A stretch of DNA of 32,000 bases from Bacillus subtilis subsp. subtilis str. 168 (GCF_000009045.1 NC_000964.3:4170001-4202000); one strand, 5' to 3'; counted from the first letter of the stretch, positions 17,681 to 28,885 are shown. Notes: a model not told the origin generated them from the letters alone. Program-made: numbers and translations.

Positions 17681-19057
17681 TTAGCCATGTCTCCGCGAAC
17701 GTTTATATACATTCAAGATTACTAGCCAACAAATAACAATGATTCCTGCAAAAAGTATGAGCATATTGCTATACAAATAGGTAGAGTGATCAACGTCAAT
17801 AGGCAGCAGCCTATGATCTAGGAAGCCGATAGATAATAAACCGCCTACAATCGCAATACCCGTTCCCTCTGATAAAAAGCTCGTGAAATTAAGCAAACTC
17901 ATTCCAGCGCCCGCTTCCTTTTCTTTCAAACTGCTAGACACAACTGTAGATATAACTGTTTTTGTGAAAGATAGCCCCCCAAAAACAAAAATTACTATAA
18001 TTGTCATGATCCATGGTGCTGCATCTATAAAAAAGGCAGCGATTAAAAAGCCGGAAGAAAGCAATGCACTTCCAATAGTTAGTACATACAAGGAACCTTT
18101 CCGATCAACAAGCAATCCCCCAATGTAACCAAAGATGATGACACTCATTGTTCCGGGGAAAATAATGCCGCTTCCAATTGCTGCAGTACTTAAATGGTGA
18201 ACATCTTTCATCATGTAAGGAACCATAGAGACAAATCCTGCTACTGTACCAAATATTAGTCCTCCGCAAAGGGTTCCAATCACAAAAAAGACGTTTTTCC
18301 CTAATTCAGGGTCAACAAAAGGGTCCTGAGCTTTCCTAATGTGTTGCACAAATATGAAGAAAGCAAGGATACTGATGATCAGAAAAGAAAATCTATAAGA
18401 TGTTGTAAACAGCATAAAAAATACGATACCTGCAGACATCAATATAATCCCTGCCATATCAATGTGTCCTCTTATTCTCTCTTCCTTTTTCAACAATTTT
18501 ATAAGGAATGGAACGGTGATAATTGTTGCAGTTGGAATAAGCAGCAAATACGACCAATGGATATAATGAGCAACCATTCCGCCAATAGCTGGCCCAACAC
18601 CTTCTCCCATTGCTACCAGGGACCCGATCAGGCCAAATGCTTTCCCCCTGTTCTCTTTTGGAATATAGCGCGCAACGACAACCATCACAAGAGCTGGGAA
18701 TGCGGCTGCACCAATTCCTTGAATAAATCGGGCTAGAATGAGAATAGGAAAGAAAGAGTGTCCAACAAATCCAATGATCGACCCTAAGCCATTTACCATA
18801 ATCCCAAATAGAAGCAGATTTTTGATGCCCAGCTGGTCTGATAGCTTTCCATATAGAGCTGTTCCAATGGAGAAGGTTAACATAAAGGCTGTATTCACCC
18901 AGTTTGCACTTGCTGGCAGTTTATTAAACTCGTTGGCAATATCAGGTAATGAGACGTTCAGAACCATTTCATTTAATACGCTGAAAAATGATAGAACACA
19001 AAGCCAAATCAAAACTTGATTGTGCCGTAAAGTTGACTGTGAATAAGACGTATTCAC
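17681..19057 (-). CDS. tetL: Tetracycline/H+ (Na+/K+) antiporter, TetL-type, 14 TM
   Basis: 458 aa; [67 protein letters not shown]. Known chromosomal tetB/tetL locus in B. subtilis. Confidence 0.95.
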   Translation of the reverse strand: MNTSYSQSTLRHNQVLIWLCVLSFFSVLNEMVLNVSLPDIANEFNKLPASANWVNTAFMLTFSIGTALYGKLSDQLGIKNLLLFGIMVNGLGSIIGFVGHSFFPILILARFIQGIGAAAFPALVMVVVARYIPKENRGKAFGLIGSLVAMGEGVGPAIGGMVAHYIHWSYLLLIPTATIITVPFLIKLLKKEERIRGHIDMAGIILMSAGIVFFMLFTTSYRFSFLIISILAFFIFVQHIRKAQDPFVDPELGKNVFFVIGTLCGGLIFGTVAGFVSMVPYMMKDVHHLSTAAIGSGIIFPGTMSVIIFGYIGGLLVDRKGSLYVLTIGSALLSSGFLIAAFFIDAAPWIMTIIVIFVFGGLSFTKTVISTVVSSSLKEKEAGAGMSLLNFTSFLSEGTGIAIVGGLLSIGFLDHRLLPIDVDHSTYLYSNMLILFAGIIVICWLVILNVYKRSRRHG

Positions 19058-19090
19058 AATTTCCCCTCCATTAATGAGGGCAGACGCAGT

Positions 19091-19153
19091 TTATAGGGTC
19101 ATTGATACGCTTCCCTCTTTTAATTGTACCCTGTTCATTTTATTGCACTTCAT
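19091..19153 (-). CDS. TetL leader peptide, 20 aa
   Basis: MKCNKMNRVQLKEGSVSMTL, ATG at 19153 preceded by GGGGGAG; ends 33 nt before the tetL start. Confidence 0.9.
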   Translation of the reverse strand: MKCNKMNRVQLKEGSVSMTL

Positions 19154-19388
19154 AATAACTCCCCCTACATTTGATTGATATGATCTTATTATATATAGAC
19201 TAAGGATTAAACTTTTACTTTTTTTATAAAAATTTGACCAGATTGCGAAACAAGGAAAAACGTTATTCGCATTTATCTCAAGTGGCAAAATGAAACATTA
19301 GTTTATATTTTCACATCACAATTATCGATAAGCAGTCAGTTATTGTATTTGTTTAGGATAACTGTGGTAACCTGAATATAACCAACTT

Positions 19389-19645
19389 AGGAAGAAGGTG
19401 ATCCCATGCCAAATAAAAGTAAACCCAATAGATTAATCGCTGAAAAGTCTCCTTATTTACTCCAACACGCCCACAACCCTGTGGACTGGTTCCCGTGGGG
19501 AGAAGAAGCATTTGCAAAAGCAAAACGCGAAAACAAGCCGGTTCTGGTCAGCATCGGTTATTCGACGACTTGTCATTGGTGGCCTGGGATAATCAAATCG
19601 TGTGGAACTCCATTAAAAGATAACAGAAGCCATTTTAAACGATAA
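19389..19645 (+). CDS. yyaO: YyaO: truncated yyaL 5'-end copy (copy 3) still forming a 79-codon ORF (CDS 19406-19645)
   Basis: RBS and first ~60 codons nearly identical to yyaL. An in-frame 3-nt GAC duplication is followed by divergence after about 19581. Confidence 0.85.
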
Positions 19646-19695
19646 TACTATTTGTTCAAACAATACAGTCTACCTTTTATTTCATTCATTTTCTA

Positions 19696-19735
19696 AAACC
19701 TGTAATCCGTAACCACGCGGTAGCAGGTTTTTTTA
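19696..19735 (+). terminator. Terminator-like hairpin upstream of yyaN
   Basis: AAACCTG...CAGGTTT followed by TTTT. Confidence 0.5.
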
Positions 19736-19740
19736 TTTGC

Positions 19741-19772
19741 TTGACTTAGAGTTAACTCTAAATTGTAAACTA
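19741..19772 (+). promoter_or_regulatory. MerR-type promoter/operator of yyaN-yyaM
   Basis: TTGACT-19 nt-TAAACT; perfect 16-bp palindrome TTAGAGTTAACTCTAA (19746-19761) overlapping the -35 and spacer. Confidence 0.75.
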
Positions 19773-19795
19773 ACTTTAATTAAATGAGAGGGATG

Positions 19796-20212
19796 ATGTT
19801 GTTGTATTCCATTAGTAAAGCTGCTGAGAAGACTAGTATTAGTTCGTATACATTAAGATATTACGAAAAGATTGGGTTACTTCCACCACCAAAACGAAAA
19901 AACAGTGGAAGGCGTTTTTATACGGAGACTGATATTCAGTTCATGTTATTCCTGAAAAGTTTAAAGGAAACAGGTATGTCTTTGGAGGATATTAATGAGT
20001 TTGTCAAAGACGGATGCATTTTGGAAAAAATCAATTCGGATGTTAAATCGGCACAACTCTCCCCATCTATAAATAAACGTATTGAGATTTTAACCAAGCA
20101 CTTAGAGAAAATGGAAATTAAAAAAAGGGAGCTGGAAGAAGTGATTTCTACTACAAAAGGAAAACTGGATACATATTATTCAATTTTGAAAGAGGAAGTG
20201 GAAAACAAATGA
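19796..20212 (+). CDS. yyaN: MerR-family regulator YyaN
   Basis: YSISKAAEKTSISSYTLRYYEKIGLLPPPKRKNSGRRFYTETDIQFM. Start ambiguous among 19784, 19793, 19796 and 19799. Confidence 0.9.
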   Translation: MLLYSISKAAEKTSISSYTLRYYEKIGLLPPPKRKNSGRRFYTETDIQFMLFLKSLKETGMSLEDINEFVKDGCILEKINSDVKSAQLSPSINKRIEILTKHLEKMEIKKRELEEVISTTKGKLDTYYSILKEEVENK

Positions 20213-21126
20213 AACATTTAAATATATACATAATGTTACTTGGCTTCTCTATTTTCACGGGAGCTACTTTTAATCTTGCAAAATATACAGTTGGATATTT
20301 TTCTCCATCGTCTTCTGCGGCATGGCGTTTCGGTTTAGCGGCTGCAGTGATGCTCATCATTTTGATTTTTACTGAAGGTATAAAGAAGAGTCAATTACGG
20401 AAAAACGCCGTTTCATACATTGTTCTTGGAATTATAGGAATCTTTGGATTTAATGCCTTGTTTTTTGTTGGTTTAAAATATACATCTCCCGTTAACGGAG
20501 CATTAATAATGGGGCTGAATCCTTTATTAACAGCAATTCTCGCTCGAATTATCTTAAAGGACAACATGACAAAAAAACAAGTACTCGGCATATTCTTTGC
20601 ATTCATCGGTGTATTGTTAGTCATTACACAAGGTTCTATCGAAACCATTAAAACCTTATCAATTTCAGGAGGAGACTTAATAATCTTTACAGGTAACGTT
20701 TGTTGGGCACTTTATGGCGTACTTGGACGTCGGTTTGTAAAGGATGGTACACCGCTATCTACAACCACTTATACGATGGTTATTGGTGCTGTTAGTTTAA
20801 TAGTAGTTTCCTTATTTACATCCAAACCTGTTTCTTTATCGAACATCCCGATTGGAGTTTGGGGGGCAATTGCTTTTATGGCTTTTTTTACAAGTGTTTT
20901 GGGTTACCTATGGTGGAATCAGGGGATTAAAGAGATTGGAGCTAGTAAAACATCTTTATTTTTCAACCTTGTTCCCGTTGTAACGATGATTATTTCATTT
21001 GCCGTTGGAACACCAATAAAGGTATTTCAAGTTATTGGGGCTGTGCTAGTTATATTAGGCGTTTTAACCGCTTCGGGGGTAATACGTATTCCTAAGTACA
21101 ATACTAAAGAACAGTCAGCTATATAA
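20209..21126 (+). CDS. yyaM: EamA/DMT-family transporter YyaM
   Basis: 305 aa, 10-TM EamA pattern (NALFFVGLKYTSPVNGALIMGLNPLLTAILA); ATGA overlap with yyaN. Confidence 0.9.
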   Translation: MKHLNIYIMLLGFSIFTGATFNLAKYTVGYFSPSSSAAWRFGLAAAVMLIILIFTEGIKKSQLRKNAVSYIVLGIIGIFGFNALFFVGLKYTSPVNGALIMGLNPLLTAILARIILKDNMTKKQVLGIFFAFIGVLLVITQGSIETIKTLSISGGDLIIFTGNVCWALYGVLGRRFVKDGTPLSTTTYTMVIGAVSLIVVSLFTSKPVSLSNIPIGVWGAIAFMAFFTSVLGYLWWNQGIKEIGASKTSLFFNLVPVVTMIISFAVGTPIKVFQVIGAVLVILGVLTASGVIRIPKYNTKEQSAI

Positions 21127-21197
21127 AGAAATAGGGAGTATTTTTGAGAAAATGTGTTAAGTTAAATATACACTAATTATAGGAAGAAGGTGATCCC

Positions 21198-23267
21198 ATG
21201 CCAAACAAAAGTAAACCCAATAGATTAATCAATGAGAAATCACCATATTTACTCCAACACGCCCACAACCCTGTGGACTGGTTCCCGTGGGGAGAAGAAG
21301 CTTTTGAAAAAGCAAAACGCGAAAACAAGCCGGTTCTGGTCAGCATCGGTTATTCGACTTGTCATTGGTGCCACGTGATGGCCCACGAAAGCTTTGAAGA
21401 CGAAGAAATCGCGCGTCTTCTCAATGAACGGTTTGTGGCGATTAAAGTCGACCGGGAAGAGCGGCCTGATGTGGATTCTGTTTATATGAGAATCTGCCAG
21501 CTGATGACCGGGCAGGGCGGCTGGCCGCTGAATGTGTTTATCACGCCTGATCAAAAGCCGTTTTACGCGGGTACATATTTTCCAAAGACGAGCAAATTCA
21601 ATCGTCCCGGTTTTGTTGATGTGCTTGAGCATCTGTCTGAGACGTTTGCGAACGACCGCGAGCATGTCGAGGATATTGCGGAGAACGCCGCTAAACATTT
21701 GCAGACCAAAACAGCTGCAAAAACTGGTGAGGGCCTTAGCGAATCAGCGATTCACCGGACATTCCAGCAGCTTGCCAGCGGGTTTGACACGATCTACGGC
21801 GGTTTCGGGCAGGCACCGAAATTTCCAATGCCTCATATGCTGATGTATTTGCTACGTTATGATCACAATACAGGGCAGGAGAACGCTCTATACAACGTGA
21901 CGAAAACATTGGACAGCATGGCGAATGGCGGCATTTACGATCATATCGGCTATGGGTTCGCCCGCTATTCGACCGATGACGAGTGGCTCGTTCCCCACTT
22001 TGAAAAAATGCTGTACGACAATGCGCTGCTGCTGACCGCTTATACAGAAGCCTATCAGGTCACGCAAAACAGCCGCTATAAAGAGATTTGTGAGCAGATC
22101 ATTACGTTCATTCAGAGGGAAATGACTCATGAAGACGGAAGCTTTTTCTCGGCTTTGGACGCGGACACAGAAGGAGAAGAAGGAAAGTACTACGTGTGGT
22201 CAAAGGAAGAGATTCTAAAAACGCTCGGGGACGATCTCGGAACGCTGTATTGCCAAGTGTATGACATCACTGAAGAAGGAAACTTTGAAGGCAAAAATAT
22301 TCCTAACCTCATTCACACAAAGCGAGAACAAATCAAAGAGGATGCCGGGTTAACCGAAAAAGAGCTCAGTCTCAAACTCGAAGACGCAAGACAGCAGCTC
22401 TTGAAGACACGCGAGGAAAGAACCTATCCGCATGTCGATGATAAAGTGCTTACCTCATGGAACGCGCTGATGATCGCGGGTCTTGCGAAAGCGGCAAAGG
22501 TATACCAGGAGCCGAAATATCTCAGCCTAGCGAAAGACGCCATCACATTTATTGAAAACAAATTAATCATCGACGGCCGTGTGATGGTCCGATATCGTGA
22601 TGGCGAAGTGAAAAACAAAGGCTTTATCGACGATTACGCTTTTCTCCTATGGGCTTATCTGGATCTCTATGAAGCTTCGTTTGATCTTTCTTATTTACAA
22701 AAAGCGAAGAAACTGACAGACGATATGATCAGCTTATTTTGGGATGAGGAGCATGGCGGATTCTACTTCACCGGACACGATGCAGAAGCCTTAATCGTAC
22801 GGGAAAAAGAAGTGTACGACGGCGCCGTGCCTTCAGGAAACAGTGTGGCAGCTGTTCAGCTGCTGCGTCTCGGGCAAGTCACAGGCGACTTATCACTGAT
22901 CGAAAAAGCGGAAACAATGTTTTCCGTGTTCAAGCCAGACATAGAAGCGTATCCGAGCGGCCATGCTTTCTTTATGCAAAGTGTGTTAAGGCATCTGATG
23001 CCTAAAAAAGAAATCGTGATTTTTGGCAGCGCAGACGATCCAGCCAGAAAACAAATTATAGCGGAGCTTCAAAAAGCCTTTAAGCCCAACGACTCCATTC
23101 TGGTGGCAGAGCAGCCCGAGCAATGCAAAGACATTGCGCCATTTGCAGCAGACTACCGCATCATAGACGGCAAAACAACCGTTTATATTTGTGAAAACTT
23201 CGCCTGCCAGCAACCGACAACAAATATTGAAGAAGCGATCCACACATTAATAAGCAGCAGGGATTAA
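21198..23267 (+). CDS. yyaL: YyaL, DUF255 (SSP411-like) thioredoxin-domain protein
   Basis: 689 aa; [38 protein letters not shown]. Confidence 0.95.
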
Positions 23268-23285
23268 GACCCTTGCTGCTTACTT
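23253..23285. terminator. Shared hairpin at the yyaL/yyaK convergence
   Basis: AGCAGCAGGG-ATTAAGA-CCCTTGCTGCT followed by TACTTTTT; both stop codons lie in the loop. Confidence 0.65.
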
Positions 23286-24163
23286 TTTGATTTCTTATGG
23301 TACCATAAAGCGATCCCCGCAAACACAAGGTTGACCGCTATCGTAAAGAAAGCCTCCCACATCGGGTTCCCCCGCGTAACGGTAAACAGAGAAGGAATTC
23401 CTCCATACACACTGTTTTTTTCTGTAATAAACATACACAAAAACATATTATTCGCGGCATGGGCGCCAAGTGATATTTCGATGCTCCCAGTTTTAATCGT
23501 GTAATACGTCCACACAAACCCAAATGTTAAGTACTCAATTCCTGCCCAGACAGCGCCATTGTTCATTTCTGGATTCGCAAAATGCAATACGCCAAACAAT
23601 CCTCCGACAATCAGTGTCAAAAATAGAGGATTTTTCGTCAATCTCCCGAAAGCTTGAAGCAAAAATCCCCTGAAAAATAGTTCCTCAGCTGATGTCTGAA
23701 TCGGAACCAAAATGAGGGCAGCCGCTAGCAGCCAGATAAATCGTGATGCATTAAACTCTTGCATTGAATAGCTATCAGGATGAATCACAAAATCAATCAA
23801 TTGTACGGCGATCATTAGCAAGAAATAAGCAATAAAACCAAAGGAAATTCTCCGCCAATTCATCTTTGAATTTGGTGTTATCACCGTTCGGAAAGGCCGC
23901 TTCAAAATAAAGCGCACAGCCAGCCAAACTCCCGGAATGGCGAATAAATAAATCACATGGGACAAATAAAGATCTACGAGGGGATCACTCAGCACAGCTT
24001 CATCCAAATCAAACGTGATATTGGGATTCACAATAACCGTGAACAATATAGCGAAAAGGTAAGCTATATTCCCTAATACATATAACCCTACCATCACCAA
24101 AAAAGCGAAAAAATATCTCCACAACGTATTGTTTCCTTCTATAGGACGGATAAATGAATTCAT
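23264..24163 (-). CDS. yyaK: CAAX-protease/bacteriocin-processing (Abi) family membrane protein YyaK
   Basis: [13 protein letters not shown] ... FGVLHFAN ... LGAHAANN motifs; 299 aa from 24163 (upstream TTG at 24187 possible). Confidence 0.85.
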
Positions 24164-24388
24164 TCCTTCTATGTCTCTTCCTTTCAATGAGAATATTACT
24201 ATATATTTGCATAAATTGGTCTATGAATCTACTGTTTTGGAAATCTTTTAAGCAAAATTAAAATATAAAGTGTGAATTTAGTTCTTCCATCTAGTGATTT
24301 GAACTCTGTTGCCAATGAACCAAGATACTTATAATAGTCCCAAGAGGGGAATTTTCAGTCTTTTCTACTACTCAAAAGGGGGTTTTTT

Positions 24389-25744
24389 ATGAATACGATC
24401 TTCAAACAAAAGAATACACATCCTTTCTCAAACGCAGCGAATCGTTTAGACCGCCTTCCGATTTCACGCGTTCATTTCCAAGTGTTAACCGCTCTCGGCA
24501 TTGTTTATTTCTTTGATCTCGCAGATTTATTTACCCTCAGCAACGTAGCGCCGGCACTGATCGAGCATTGGGGCATCCCGCTTTCAACTATTGCTAACGT
24601 AACGGCCGCTTCGTTTTTAGGCATGTTTTTAGGCGCTTCACTGGGCGGACGGCTGTCCGATCGAATCGGCCGCAAAAAAGCCTTAAATCTATTTGTCTTT
24701 GTTTTCTCAATCGCATCGCTATGCAATGCTGCGGCATGGGACATTCCATCTTTAATGACATTCCGTTTCCTCACCGGATTTGGCGTTGCAGCCGCCATGG
24801 TCATTACGAATAGCTATTTGGCGGAATTTTTCCCTTCAAGTGTACGTGGAAAATATATTTCTTTTTGTGCCATGATTGGATTGATTGGGGTTCCGATCAC
24901 CAACATTGTGTCTGCCTTTGTCATTCCTCTTGGTTCATGGGGATGGAGGCTAGTATTTGTATGGGGTGCCGTCGGCCTTATTTATTTTTTCTTCATCCAC
25001 CGTCTGGAAGAGTCACCTCGCTGGCACGAAAATCGCGGGGAATATGCGAAAGCCGATGCGATCCTCACCCGAATTGAAGAACAGGTTGAAAAGGAGAAAG
25101 GCCCGCTTCCGGCAGCATCCCAGCCTAAAGTAAGCGAAACTGTTAAGCAGAATGCAGGTTACGCAGGCTTATTGAAAGGCAGAAACCTCAAAATTACCAT
25201 CGTATTATCTGCTGTATGGATTTTTGAAACGTTTGGGTTTTACGGATTTGCTTCATGGGTTCCAAGCCTGCTAAAAAGCAATGGCGTAACCATGGAAAAT
25301 ACATTATGGTATAACGTATTGCATTCCGTCGGCGCTCCACTTGGCGCACTGCTCGGCTCCATGATTTCCGAAAGATTTCAAAGAAAATGGATTTTAGCTG
25401 CGAGTGCGTTTCTGACGGCCATCGCCGGGCTCTTATATGGTATGACTTTTATTCCCATCATGATCATTGTATTTGGTTTTATCGTGAATATCACAGAACG
25501 GGTCTTTACCTCGAACTTATACGCCTATACATCTGAACCTTATCCGACTGAATACCGCTCGTCTGGCAGCGGTTTAGCCTATGGTCTTGGCCGTTTTTCA
25601 AACATTTTTGGCTCATTGCTTGTCGGATTTATTGCCGTTCAGCTCGGCTATATCAGCGTCTTCTTATTTATTGGGGGCTGTTGGCTCGCATGCTCCTTGC
25701 TGTTAATCTTCTTCGGTCCTAATACGAATGCAAAACAGATTTAA
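24389..25744 (+). CDS. yyaJ: MFS transporter YyaJ
   Basis: 451 aa; GGRLSDRIGRKKALN motif A; 12 TM. Confidence 0.9.
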   Translation: MNTIFKQKNTHPFSNAANRLDRLPISRVHFQVLTALGIVYFFDLADLFTLSNVAPALIEHWGIPLSTIANVTAASFLGMFLGASLGGRLSDRIGRKKALNLFVFVFSIASLCNAAAWDIPSLMTFRFLTGFGVAAAMVITNSYLAEFFPSSVRGKYISFCAMIGLIGVPITNIVSAFVIPLGSWGWRLVFVWGAVGLIYFFFIHRLEESPRWHENRGEYAKADAILTRIEEQVEKEKGPLPAASQPKVSETVKQNAGYAGLLKGRNLKITIVLSAVWIFETFGFYGFASWVPSLLKSNGVTMENTLWYNVLHSVGAPLGALLGSMISERFQRKWILAASAFLTAIAGLLYGMTFIPIMIIVFGFIVNITERVFTSNLYAYTSEPYPTEYRSSGSGLAYGLGRFSNIFGSLLVGFIAVQLGYISVFLFIGGCWLACSLLLIFFGPNTNAKQI

Positions 25745-25750
25745 AAAAGT

Positions 25751-25771
25751 CAGTGCGGATCTGCCGCACTG
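25751..25771 (-). terminator. Terminator of maa, converging on yyaJ
   Basis: CAGTGCGG-ATCTG-CCGCACTG, with ACTTTTTT on the minus strand. Confidence 0.75.
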
Positions 25772-25777
25772 ATCTCA

Positions 25778-26332
25778 TTACAATTGCTTCAAAATCCTTG
25801 CGGGGTTTCCGCCTACAACAGTATTAGCGGGTACATCCTTAGTGACAACAGATCCAGAAGCAATCACTGCGTTATCACCGATTGTCACTCCCGGGTTAAT
25901 CACCGCCCGGCCTCCAATCCAAACTTGATCTCCAATTGTCACAGGCTTACCGAACTCCTTCCCGGATTTCCTTTCGATCGGATCAAGAGGATGACCGGCC
26001 GTGTAGATATGTACACCTGGCGCAATCAAACAATGACAGCCGATACGCACCTCACACACATCTAAAATGACACAGTCAAAATTAACAAATGTATGATCTC
26101 CGATATGAATGTGATAGCCATAATCACAGCGGAATGTCGGCAAAATCGTGACTTGATCCCCAACCGAACCGAGCAGCTCCTTCAAAAGCTTCGTCCGCAC
26201 TGCATCATCTTCCGGTGTTTCGTTGTATTGTCTAATCAGCTGTCTCGCATGCTTGCGTTCTAGTAATAGTTGTTGATCTTCCGAATTGTATAATTCTCCG
26301 GCTGCCATTTTTTCTTTTTCTGTCCTCAGCAT
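25778..26332 (-). CDS. maa: Maltose O-acetyltransferase
   Basis: 184 aa; left-handed beta-helix hexapeptide pattern, [49 protein letters not shown]. Confidence 0.95.
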   Translation of the reverse strand: MLRTEKEKMAAGELYNSEDQQLLLERKHARQLIRQYNETPEDDAVRTKLLKELLGSVGDQVTILPTFRCDYGYHIHIGDHTFVNFDCVILDVCEVRIGCHCLIAPGVHIYTAGHPLDPIERKSGKEFGKPVTIGDQVWIGGRAVINPGVTIGDNAVIASGSVVTKDVPANTVVGGNPARILKQL

Positions 26333-26349
26333 TTAAGTCACTCCAGATG

Positions 26350-26730
26350 TCAGATTGTAATCTCGATCAAATTTCCTTCATCATCCTCAATCACGCTTTC
26401 ATAGTAGCCGTCTCCTGTTGTCCTCGGGCCGTTTACTACTGCGAAACCATCCGCCTTCAATCGATCAGTCAGTTCGTCAACTTTCTCCCGGCTCCCAACG
26501 GAAAAGGCAATATGTGCCCAGCCTGTCATTGTTTGTGAGGGCGGATCGGTCACATTCCCTTTTTTCATAATTTCCAGCCTTGCTCCGGAATCAAACGTAA
26601 TAAAATAAGACTTAAAATCTTTTTTCTCATTATGATACAAATCATTCGCTTCGCCATTAAAATACGATTCATAAAAAGACTTCATTCGCTCTAAATCATT
26701 GACCCAGACCGCTGTATGTTCAATCTGCAT
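26350..26730 (-). CDS. yyaH: Glyoxalase/VOC-family protein YyaH
   Basis: 126 aa from ATG at 26730 ([24 protein letters not shown]); preceded by GGAGG. Confidence 0.85.
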
Positions 26731-26785
26731 TTCTTCCTCCTCCTTCGCCTTCAATGAAGTTATAAGGTATGAAATGCATTTCAGT

Positions 26786-27721
26786 TCAAGCTTTTTTCTT
26801 AAATTTATGCTGAATTTTGATATCAGCGGGTTCATCCTGCAAAAATAGAGAAAATGCTGCGATGCCGAGCTGCTCAAGATTCAAATCAAGCGACGGAAAA
26901 CCAAGAACACGGCTGATAGAAGTATTTCCCTCGCCTATGATTTCAACATCCCAATTATTCTTTTTGGCAAATAGATGAATTCCAGCTGCCACTTCATCAC
27001 TATTTGCATAAATAGCAGTCGGAACCCGCCCGCTCATATAAAAATGTTCAGCTGCCAGCTCACCATCATTCATATCGTTGCATCCGGACAGCATATGGCG
27101 GTCTTCCAACCTTCCGCAGACAGCTTTATAGGCCGCAGCTTTATCAGCCGTGCTCGGGCTCCTATCAGCTTCTCTGACACACGTAAAAGCAATATTCTCA
27201 TGCCCGCGGCTCTTTAAATAGCGAAAGCTCTCTGCATAAGCAGTTTTTCTGTCATTAAAAGCACAAGGGACATCAATGTCTCCGGTATCCTCACAAGCGA
27301 TGACCGGCCCATATTCCTGATAAGCTAAAATGCTGTCCCAATGATTGGCGCGGGAAGTAATGATGAGACCGTCTATTTTCTTCGTTCTTAACAGCTCTAA
27401 ATATTTGATTTCAATATCGGGGTTATAATTGGTGGGGAGAAGGGTCGTTGCATACTCATGCTGAAAAGCCGCCTTGGTGATTCCGTTAACGATTTTATCA
27501 AAGCAGGGATGATCGCTATAAGGCAGAATCACACCGACCGTATGGGTTTTCCCGCGAATGAGATCGATTGCGGTTCGATTTGGTGTATAATCCAATTCCT
27601 TCATGACTTGATGAACAAGCTTTCTCTTTTCTTCAGATACATACGGATGATGATTCAATACACGCGAGACAGTCGAAACAGATACATTTGCCAGTCTTGC
27701 GATCTCTTTTATATTTGCCAT
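26786..27721 (-). CDS. ccpB: LacI/GalR-family catabolite control protein CcpB
   Basis: [33 protein letters not shown]; 311 aa from 27721. Confidence 0.9.
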
Positions 27722-27779
27722 CTCTTTCTCCTTTTCATATAAAAAAAGCAGTAAGTGTAAAATCCTTACTGCTATCTCA

Positions 27780-28538
27780 TCATATATTGATGATAAGTTC
27801 AACAGGACAATGGTCGGAACCCATGACGTCCGCTGATATGCTGGCATCTTCAATCTGTTCCTTAAGGCTTTCAGAAACAACAAAATAATCAATCCGCCAT
27901 CCAATATTTCTGTCCCGGGCGCCGGCACGATACGACCACCAGGAATAAGCGCCTTCAAGATCAGGATAAACATGACGAAAAGAATCAACAAAGCCAGCTT
28001 CTAAGAAACGAGTGAATGCCTCTCTTTCTTGATCTGAAAATCCAGCGTTATTCCGGTTCGCCTTTGGATTTTTCAAGTCAATCTCCTGATGGGCTACATT
28101 CAAATCACCGCATAAAATCACTGGTTTTTTCTGATCCAATTCAAGAATATAAGACAGTAAAGCCTCTTCCCATTGCATGCGGTAATCAATCCGCTCTAAT
28201 CCCCTTCTGGAATTGGGCGTGTAAACAGTCATCACAAACACGTTTTCAAATTCCAGCGTAATCACTCTGCCTTCTTGGTCATGCTCTTCTACTCCGATAC
28301 CGTAGATGACCTGCAGCGGTTCTTGCTTAGAAAAAACAGCTGTGCCGGAATATCCTTTTTTCACTGCATAATTCCAGTACACATGATAGTCTTCAGGCTG
28401 GAGATCAACCTGGCCGTCCTGTATCTTCGTTTCCTGAAGACATATAATATCTGCATCCTCTTCTTTCAAATAAGAGAGGAAATCCATTTTTCTCATCACA
28501 GCCCGCAGGCCGTTTACATTCCATGAAATCAACTTCAT
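27780..28538 (-). CDS. exoA: Exodeoxyribonuclease III / AP endonuclease ExoA
   Basis: [13 protein letters not shown]...LQETKIQ...GDLNVAH...[15 protein letters not shown]. Confidence 0.97.
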   Translation of the reverse strand: MKLISWNVNGLRAVMRKMDFLSYLKEEDADIICLQETKIQDGQVDLQPEDYHVYWNYAVKKGYSGTAVFSKQEPLQVIYGIGVEEHDQEGRVITLEFENVFVMTVYTPNSRRGLERIDYRMQWEEALLSYILELDQKKPVILCGDLNVAHQEIDLKNPKANRNNAGFSDQEREAFTRFLEAGFVDSFRHVYPDLEGAYSWWSYRAGARDRNIGWRIDYFVVSESLKEQIEDASISADVMGSDHCPVELIINI

Positions 28539-28560
28539 GTTTCATCCTCCCCCCTATAAA

Positions 28561-28592
28561 AAAGAGCAAGAACCCGAAGGTCCTTGCTCTTT
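28561..28592 (-). terminator. Terminator of the rpsF-ssb-rpsR operon
   Basis: AAAGAGCAAG...CTTGCTCTTT, followed by a T-run on the minus strand. Confidence 0.8.
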
Positions 28593-28602
28593 ACATATCA
28601 GC

Positions 28603-28869
<267 letters not shown>

Positions 28870-28885
28870 TTAGGCGATAATCACA

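Noticed and set aside
18341-19019. 131-aa and 93-aa plus ORFs over tetL
   Set aside because: Antisense to a full, well-conserved tetL.
21249-23243. Several antisense ORFs (149, 80, 64 and 85 aa) and one out-of-frame ORF inside yyaL
   Set aside because: Long ORF shadows in a high-quality coding gene; no independent signals.
26731-26877. Upstream extension of the yyaH ORF to 26877
   Set aside because: The VOC domain starts at MQIEHTAVW (26730) after GGAGG; the upstream 49 codons are intergenic-like.
27722-27991. N-terminal extension of ccpB to 27991
   Set aside because: The LacI HTH starts at [10 protein letters not shown] (27721). The extension overlaps the exoA region and lacks domain similarity.
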